From Ophelia neglecta (Eukaryota), in NCBI GenBank assembly GCA_965285935.1, contig OZ260665.1, forward strand, positions 46,438,001 through 46,502,000: a stretch of 64,000 nt of DNA, given 5' to 3'. The position numbers and the translations under genes are program-made. Numbering within the stretch: position 1 is the stretch's first letter; every line of letters begins with the position of its first letter. The notes beneath the pieces are model-generated. The model had not been told where the DNA came from and ran no database searches. It saw only the letters and a list, made by a program, of their open reading frames with translations. Of the stretch, positions 56,370 through 64,000 are shown piece after piece.

Positions 56370-58289
56370 GGTTGCAACAAAACTAAATCTGTAAATGCTT
56401 AGATATATCTTGTTTGAAAATATGGATGGTTCGCTACAAATAACCTAGACATACCAGTACAGTTTGGCAATAGTTTGCAGATGATCAGAAACATAACATG
56501 CAAAAATGCAAATACACCTTTCATGTCACCATACAGGGAAACTTGAACTTGGCTTTTGTCTTGCAAGTTGATATCATCCATTCTTCACTTCAAGAAAATA
56601 TGACAAAGGGAAATTGCCACTTACCAGGGTTGCTGGGGATATGCTGATGCATTTTCCTACTTGTAATTTGATAACCTTTTGGTTTGGAATGCATGTCATT
56701 TGTGAATGCATTGTAGAGACCATTAGAAGCATGTTTATCAATAATTAAGTCCTAAGAAGCAGAAATATGATTCAGAGTGAATATATTCGATCCTGATTTA
56801 GTGCCCTTTTGAAGCTTGTTGAATTTTATAATTAAATCTGAATTGAATTACATTGAAAAGTATTATGATATTTTAAGTAGTGTATCATCTCTATTTCAGC
56901 TCTTTGATCATACTCTGATTTGTGTAGTTAAAATATGAAATCATACTTCCTACCTGATTATGTATTGTTTTCATTGATTTGACGTCAGTGAATGTTGATG
57001 ATAATGAGACTTGCCAATCTCCTCAGCTGCGTATTGAACCTGACATCTTCGGAGCAGTCTCTTCAGTTGTCTGAAAATGTCATTCCACATTCATTAGGCA
57101 GCTGATGAGAGGTGTGTCTAAATGCACACTGTTTTGTCTTGTGATTGTTTTTAAGAAAAGCACGCTAACCGGCCATAATAACACCTGTACTACTTATGGC
57201 TGGTAAAACCTGCATTTCATCTCACCCCCTCACTTACCCCTGCAGTCTCTTTTACCCTCCCTTGCTCTCACACAGATAAGGATTATAAGGAAAATCAGTT
57301 TGTAGACTCACACAGCTTAGGTAAGAACTCCTTACTGGGAGGTGTTAACGCCATCTGCCAAATGTCTTTGAGTAGGATCACCTATTAGTCAACTTGTTCT
57401 GTGTGGCTGAATGTTTTTTTTTCTTTTTTGCCAACATTACCATATGTCATCATTGTTGCTTTTCTTATTTTTTTATTGCTTTTATTTCTCAAATTAATGA
57501 CTTTGGCCATCAACTGACCATCTGCATTGCTCTCAGCAAAATAGGTTATGTGTTAAAAGTATTAAAATAACAACATTTTCTTTTTGAGAACATATAAGAT
57601 TTTAGTGTTTTACAATATAGTATTTCCTCTATTTTGTTTTATATGTCAGGGGCTTTTAGAAAAAAATGTTCATTTGCAATATTAACATTTGCTATATCTG
57701 ATTTTCAAACTTTTACATCTCATTCATTGAACTTGATTTACATGTATTAGGGAAACAAAGATATATTAACAAGTCACAGAAACAGTTCTTCTTGTGCAGT
57801 GATTGTATATATATATATATACATTTATGTAAGTGGGAATCCCATAAAGTAGATCACAATACATGACAGGCTTAATTAATGTCTTATGTCTTATTTCATT
57901 TCATATTGATTTTTTCCATCATGTAGTTTATCTAGTATCTCAATCATTCTCTTCTTTTTTGCCTTTAGACTTATCTGTTACTTCTTTTAAATGGTGATTG
58001 TTTTTTAGCTGTCATTGTGTTATCATTTAGTTTGATACTGAGCCCATGTGGATATTAATTAGCAATCATTTACCAAATTTAACTAATAGTACATTCATCC
58101 AATCAATGTACATTTTTTAAGTAATGATTTATAATGTGTTGTGTGAGGTTCCACATTCTACTGATTAAAAGATTAAAGAAGTTTGTGATCCGACTGAGGA
58201 TGACACTAGCACCCTCTGTCTGTTACTCCCCTAGCCTTGACCTATTTTTCACCATGGTGCCGAGTTTGATGTAGATTGTGTGTTTTCAG

Positions 58290-58451
58290 TAAACGGAGAC
58301 TGGTCCACCTGGTCCTCCTGGTCTACCTGTAGTCCCGACTGTAAACACCACCGTCGTCGACTGTGTGACAACCCCTCGCCCAGCCACGGAGGACAGTACT
58401 GCCCAGGAGGCGATCTTGACACCTCCAACTGTACTGGAGGCATGTGCCGAG
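58290..58451 (+). CDS. unc-5: UNC-5 thrombospondin type-1 repeat 2 exon (162 nt, phase 1-1): (V)NGDWSTWSSWSTCSPDCKHHRRRLCDNPSPSHGGQYCPGGDLDTSNCTGGMCR
   Basis: Acceptor tgttttcag|TA, donor GAG|gtaagc. WxxWxxW motif and UNC-5-type ending NCTGGMC. Confidence 0.96.
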
Positions 58452-59549
58452 GTAAGCCCACTACTCTCACTCTTTCAGTGATCAGCAAATCTGATCATTT
58501 ATTTTTTATTCTTGTATGATAAACACAAATGCTGTTTATGAGCATATCACTTTTCTCTGCTTCTAAAATACAGTATTGTGAGATTACTATTTTGCTGGAT
58601 AGTAAAGTTCAGTAGGTAGTTATTACTGAATGTCCTATGGATATTTAATGACAATATAATTCTCATGGTGCCTACTAAAAAAGTTTTATACATTATTAGG
58701 ATTTGCAAATTGCTTCCTTAATGTCCTGTTGCTTAGCACAAAATGCATGCAGTAAAAAAGTGACAGCTTACTGCCATATTGCTTCAAGTACAGCATACAC
58801 AGAGGAAATGGACAAAACTTAAAGCAACAAACACAGGTCAATTTGCCGTTGAATCTTCATGTACCAAAAGTTGAACAGCTGCATTTCCCCGTAGAATGGC
58901 CTTTTGGCTGATGTGCTGATATAAGTTTGAGAGCTTAAGGGACTTGAAGGGAGTATATATATGTGATCTTTATGACATTCTGTACAGACTAGAGACAGAA
59001 CTGTCAACATACACCTGCAGCAATTATTTTAATTTGTCACACCAGCCTTCAAGCACCCTTCGCGTCTGAGCATTGAGTAGGCAGTAAATGTCCAATAACT
59101 GACAGTATTATTGTACATGTTTGAAAATAAAGTACAGCAGGCACATTCTCAAGAGGAGCCAAATGACCAGTAGAACTGCCAGACATGTTACAATAATCAA
59201 CCAGGGTGTGAAATCAATTTTGCTACTGTTAGCTATCCATAAACAATATCAGGAAACTCATCACAAGTAATAAGATTCTAGGCTCTCTTGCATTGCTGCC
59301 AATTAAATCACACCCTCTTCACATTATATTGATGGTGGGAGTACCCTGTTTATGATACAGCCAGATAGGAGCCTAGGACTTTTATTACAGTTCCACACCA
59401 ATAAGGCAATTTCTGGCTCCACAGTGATCCAAAGCTCAAACTTATAAATATCATCAGAATCCCAGGCTGGCTAGATGAATGATAAGGCTGGCCGTCAGGG
59501 AGCCTCGATGGAAGTGGGTGTGTTTTTTACAATGACATTTACCAGATGG

Positions 59550-60450
59550 GCTGTCATGATGAGCCATTGTGAGTGTCTGATTGTTTCCCTGTGAGGTGTA
59601 CAGGGTTTTTAAGATGAGCCATTGTGAGTGTCTGATTGTTTCCCTGTGAGGTGTACAGGTTTTTTAAGATGAGCCATTGTGAGTGTCTGATTGTTTCCCT
59701 GTGAGGTGTACAGGTTTTTTAAGATGAGCCATTGTGAGTGTCTGATTGTTTCCCTGTGAGGTGTACAGGTTTTTTAAGATGAGCCATTGTGAGTGTCTGA
59801 TTGTTTCCCTGTGAGGTGTACAGGGTTTTTAAGATGAGCCATTGTGAGTGTCTGATTGTTTCCCTGTTAGTGTACAGGGTTTTTAAGATGAGCCATTGTG
59901 AGTGTCTGATTGTTTCCCTGTTAGTGTACAGGGTTTTTAAGATGAGCCATTGTGAGTGTCTGATTGTTTCCCTGTTAGTGTACAGGGTTTTTAAGATGAG
60001 CCATTGTGAGTGTCTGATTGTTTCCCTGTGAGGTGTACAGGTTTTTTAAGATGAGCCATTGTGAGTGTCTGATTGTTTCCCTGTGAGGTGTACAGGTTTT
60101 TTAAGATGAGCCATTGTGAGTGTCTGATTGTTTCCCTGTGAGGTGTACAGGTTTTTTAAGACGAGCCAATGTGAGTGTCTGATTGTTTCCCTGTGAGGTG
60201 TACAGGTTTTTTAAGATGAGCCATTTTGAGTGTCTGATAGTTTCCCTTCGAGGTGTACAGGGTTGTCATGATGAGCCATTTTGAGTGTCTGATAGTTTCC
60301 CTTCGAGGTGTCCAGGGTTTTTAAGATGAGCCCTTGTGAGTGGCTGTTCGTTTCCCTGTAAGGAGTACAGGGTTGTCATGATGAGTACAGAGTTGTCATG
60401 ATGAGCCTATATGAGTGGCTGATTGTTTCCCTGTGAGGTGTACAGGGTTT
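59550..60450. repeat. 55-bp minisatellite, ~16 copies, including three internal 54-bp variants
   Basis: Unit GATGAGCCATTGTGAGTGTCTGATTGTTTCCCTGTGAGGTGTACAGG(G/T)TTTTTAA starting at 59558, 59613, 59668, 59723, 59778, 59833, 59887, 59941, 59995, 60050 and onward; decays at the 3' end. Confidence 0.97.
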
Positions 60451-63137
60451 TCCTCCTGCTCCTCCTTTGGCACATGGGGATGTCAGCCAGTCCCACCCCA
60501 ACAAGCCACCATTGAATTCTAGTGGCAAACACATATCTCTTCCCACTTCATGCCAGTTCTGGCAGCAATGTCAGACTGCATCAATGTCTTTGCTGTAAAA
60601 CCAGGCCAAGGAACCTTGTATACAAAGACTGGTAATGATTTTATCTACACTTGTGTCTTTTTAGACATCAATCAGACAGTTAGTCAGCAGTGATTCACAC
60701 TTCAGTCCAAAAACTTAGTACCAAGTCTCTTAGAAATACTATCTGGTGATAAGATATGATGTAAAACTTGTCCAGCAGGGGGAGGTGATGAAGGGTGTCA
60801 CATACATTCAACTTTTAGTTGGTCAATAATCTTTCGAGTGTGTAATTGTTTAAAAGGTGAAGAATAAGATTCATTGCATACTGTGTAGGAAAGCATGTCA
60901 GGTTCAATTTAAGCTCATACCCATCTTTTATAGGATTTCATCGTGATATACAGTTTATCTTTTTCTTTTGTGGAAAATAAGCTCGTTAAGTGTTGGGATT
61001 GGCAATTTCAACTTCACACTCAGGCTAGCAAATAAGAAACCTTGAACTGATAGATGGACATGTTTTTTTTCTACAAACAAATTGGGTGTTTTAATTTGCT
61101 GCTAAATTGCCCTGGTCTGTCTGTGTGACATATGGTGGAGTTAGGAATGTCCAATTAAGGAAGAAAAACTGCTGTTAACAGAAGTAATATATATAAGCTG
61201 CCAAGGTCCCCCCCCCCCTCCCCCCTACCCCCAGGTTTTGAGGGCCAGCAGTGTGGATTTGCCCTGTTTGTTAATTCCTGGCCTTTCAAATGCAGTAGAA
61301 CTGCAATGTTGTTTGGCTTTCAAAGCCTAGTCCATGATAACTTGGCATCTGGAAAAAGGAAGTTCTTGATGCTGGAACAAGACCCAATACCAGTTTTCTT
61401 CCTCTATTACCTTTAACCTAGTTTTACTGTGTTGGCTGACATCCTGCTACCAGTAGAGCCAATTAAGCCATTTTCATTTTAGAAAGATCATAGTAATACC
61501 GGCCTGACATGCCACTTAGTTGTTGGGTTGCCACTTGGACATTCGGTCAAGGCGAGCAAAGATCCCACCCTTGTAATTTATTGAATATTGCAAGGAATAT
61601 TTGTACTGCTTCCTGCTAGCCTAACATGGTGGGTTGAGATATTGACAAATGCTGATTGCTGATGCCTACCAATACATGTGCATGTCAGCAGACCCTTGAT
61701 GGACATGGATGCAGTTATTGAAGGATAATTAGCCACACTCACTAGCCAGTATATATGGTCCAGGACCTTCCAAGCCAGTCCTGGGGGGAGAGCCCTGTGG
61801 AGAGGTTGAGCAAATTCCCTTGCAGCCATCCCTTTTACCTCCCTGGTTCCTTGGTCCCCTGTTGTCTGTCTTGGATCCCTGCAGATGCTGTTTCATTATA
61901 GTGTAAACTAATATAACGCTGTACTTGTAGTACTCACTGACATGCACATTGCTCACTACATAAATTGCCTGCAAATTCCAAGCACCAAATTGCCAAGGCA
62001 GTGCTTGCCAAGGAGTCCCTCTGAAACTTTTGGCACACAGTACATTTTTACTTCATGAAGCTCACAAATTGATCTGATTGTGTTTGCATAATGCCTGTTT
62101 TTCCTTTAAATCTTGCATTGGTTATGTTACTAGTGATGTAATAAATGTTTTAAAACATGTAATGACAGAACAGAGAGATTGGTGGCTGTAAGGATGATAC
62201 TAAATATCTGTGCCAATAAACATTAACCTTGACCTGTTGACCATTTAAAGGCACAATGGATGATCATTCATCTTTGTCATTTATGCCGGGGGGGGGGGGG
62301 GGGGAAACTTTGCTAACATGCAAAGAATGGGTGCTAATGCTTTATTACATAACAATGTGTAATATAATATATTTATTTTAAAAATAAATGGGTTTTAGAT
62401 TTCAAGTTAGTCTTCATAATATTGTGTTATATCTATTGCATGTAAAATGAATTAAATGTGCTAGGCATAAATTTTGTTTTATTCAGTTTAGAAATTGAAC
62501 TCGTAATGACCAAGGCATAAAGATGGAATTTATTTACTGCTGGTTTTGTACTACCACATGGAAGGTACATGCTGTTGAAGATCTTGTATCCTTAAGTTCT
62601 TGTTCACCATGCATAGATTTTAACCATTTGCACTGCATCATCATTGGTGGAGTTAACCCATAGCTTTATGGTCTGCCTTCATTTGGTCATATCTTAGCCA
62701 TGATCTTGCAACTAAAACTTTGTACATGGTTTATGGAGAAGCAAAATTGGCTTTTAAGCCTGGGTATGGCAAGCCCCAATGTTTGCTGTGACCTGGAGAG
62801 CAGGCAAATGAAGTCAGCGAAATCCGGGAGATCAGGGCGTGTAAAACGAGAGTGGCTGAGTGCATCGGAGGGAGGCAATAGCATGGCCTGGCATCCGAAA
62901 ACAGGCCAAAAGTATAGCAGGGATCATTTCCTGCAGGCTGGCAGACAGCCACCACAACCAGTTCATAGGGGAGGTGTGTTCCCCCATCAAAATGTCAGCA
63001 CATAACCATAATGCAACTAGCTGCATCTAGTCATAATTATATAGGAACCTGTCTTCAAGCGTGGATCCCTCTTTTCATATGTTTCCATGAGAAATAAATC
63101 CCTATGAATGCATTAAGTTTATTTTCTATGTTTTCAG

Positions 63138-63170
63138 ATGAATTTGGCCAGCTAGGATATGATGAATCTC
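63138..63170 (+). CDS. unc-5: Candidate 33-nt in-frame microexon after TSP1-2: (D)EFGQLGYDES(x)
   Basis: Strong acceptor (tttattttctatgttttcag|AT) and perfect gtaagt donor 33 nt apart. Phase 1-1, no stop in the frame set by the TSP1-2 exon. No homology support from the peptide itself. Confidence 0.65.
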
Positions 63171-63505
63171 GTAAGTGGAATTTTCATTGTTTGTGATTTT
63201 ATTGCTTATATACACATGTAGTTGGAAAAAAGATTGGCATATTTATTGAAATATCCTCTAAATTTAAAAGCAAGTTAGGTATTTTTTTTTAAATTCTATA
63301 TTATACAACTGTTAAAGAAAAAATCTTGACATTTATTGAGTTGTTTGTAGGTGTACCTTTTTATTTTCTTCCTTAGTCATGTATGACCTCTTCATCTGTG
63401 TCTTCCTATTTAAGTGATTGTTGGACCAAGAAGACATTTCCATATAATGAACCGTGGGTTTACTAAACCAGATAACCCAAATTAACATTCTCTGGGTGAT
63501 AATTT

Positions 63506-63737
63506 CCCATTAACCAGTCCTTGTGAGATGTCCCATTCACTTGCCCTGTAATACCGGTATGACCCATTCACCAGTCCCTTTGAGACGTCCCATTCACCAG
63601 TCTCTGTGAGACATCCCATTCACCAGTCCTTGTGAGATGTCCCATTCACTTTCCCTGTAATATGACCCATTCACCAGTCCCTTTGAAACATCCCATTCAC
63701 CAGTCACCAGTCCCTTGTTGTTAGATGTCCATCTACC
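63506..63737. repeat. Degenerate ~25-bp tandem repeat (CCCATTCACCAGTCCTTGTGAGATGT-like)
   Basis: Seven exact CCATTCAC cores at about 63533, 63564, 63589, 63616, 63642, 63667 and 63693. Confidence 0.85.
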
Positions 63738-64000
63738 ATATGCAGATACTAGTAGGCCTCATTCAGGCCTTTCTAAGATCTATGACAAGCCAGGTGCACC
63801 CCTGATAGAAATACCTTTTAAGTGAAGTGCCATATTTTGTTTGAGCAACCATACAAGACGTGCAGCTGGTTTTTAAGAGTAGCAAGGAAGTAACAAGACA
63901 GACATGTCCCTAGTCTTCTGTAAAAGTCCTTTTTTATGCTCATAGCCCACACTACAACAAAGCCTTGAAGAAGCTGTATCAGACTGTTTGGAGCCTTAGT

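Larger units (their letters stand above)
32556..64000 (+). other. unc-5: Netrin receptor UNC-5 family gene, partial: ectodomain exons only; continues past the window end, and upstream exon(s) were not located
   Basis: Six phase-compatible GT-AG exons plus a candidate microexon join into SP-Ig-Ig-TSP1-TSP1, the UNC-5 ectodomain order. Family-typical motifs: EP..YIVKNKPV...C.A.PA.QI.F.C, YWC.C.AW, AY(L/I)RK.FE.EP, C.PP.G.P, WLKDG, GNYTC.A.N, VYVNGGWSTW. Confidence 0.95.

Noticed and set aside
57969-57993. Strong polypyrimidine acceptor followed by a possible 25-nt exon between the TSP1 exons
   Set aside because: Weak donor (gtgatt) and a length that would frameshift.
59801-60031. ORF with repeated VYRVFKMSHCECLIVSLL; array superficially CRISPR-like
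   Set aside because: Arises from three 54-bp repeat units. The units are contiguous with no unique spacers, there are no cas genes, and the context is a eukaryotic intron.
26433-62304. Several long poly-G/poly-C tracts (about 26433, 26834, 27928, 45618, 61208, 62288)
   Set aside because: Simple homopolymers, error-prone in sequencing; G-quadruplex potential alone is not evidence of function.

Overview
Animal genomic DNA: AT-rich, strongly CpG-depleted, with long GT-AG introns and many TACATGTA motifs. The style suggests an invertebrate such as a mollusc or other lophotrochozoan (inference only). The window holds the 5' part of one + strand gene, an UNC-5-family netrin receptor. Its exons splice in frame as: signal peptide (32560-32665), Ig1 (35575-35958), N-terminal half of Ig2, C-terminal half of Ig2 (48620-48800), TSP1-1 (53911-54078), TSP1-2 (58290-58451) and a candidate 33-nt juxtamembrane microexon (63138-63170). 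The transmembrane, ZU5, UPA and death-domain exons lie beyond the window. The main result is that the Ig2 N-half exon exists as two tandem, diverged, intact 104-nt copies (43799-43902 and 43953-44056) separated by only 50 nt. Both frame logic and spacing indicate obligate mutually exclusive splicing, a two-way, Dscam-like ectodomain switch in UNC-5. The first ~32 kb has no convincing coding sequence. The introns carry several MITE-like or fold-back elements and minisatellites. Nearly all other ORFs in the supplied track look like chance ORFs.
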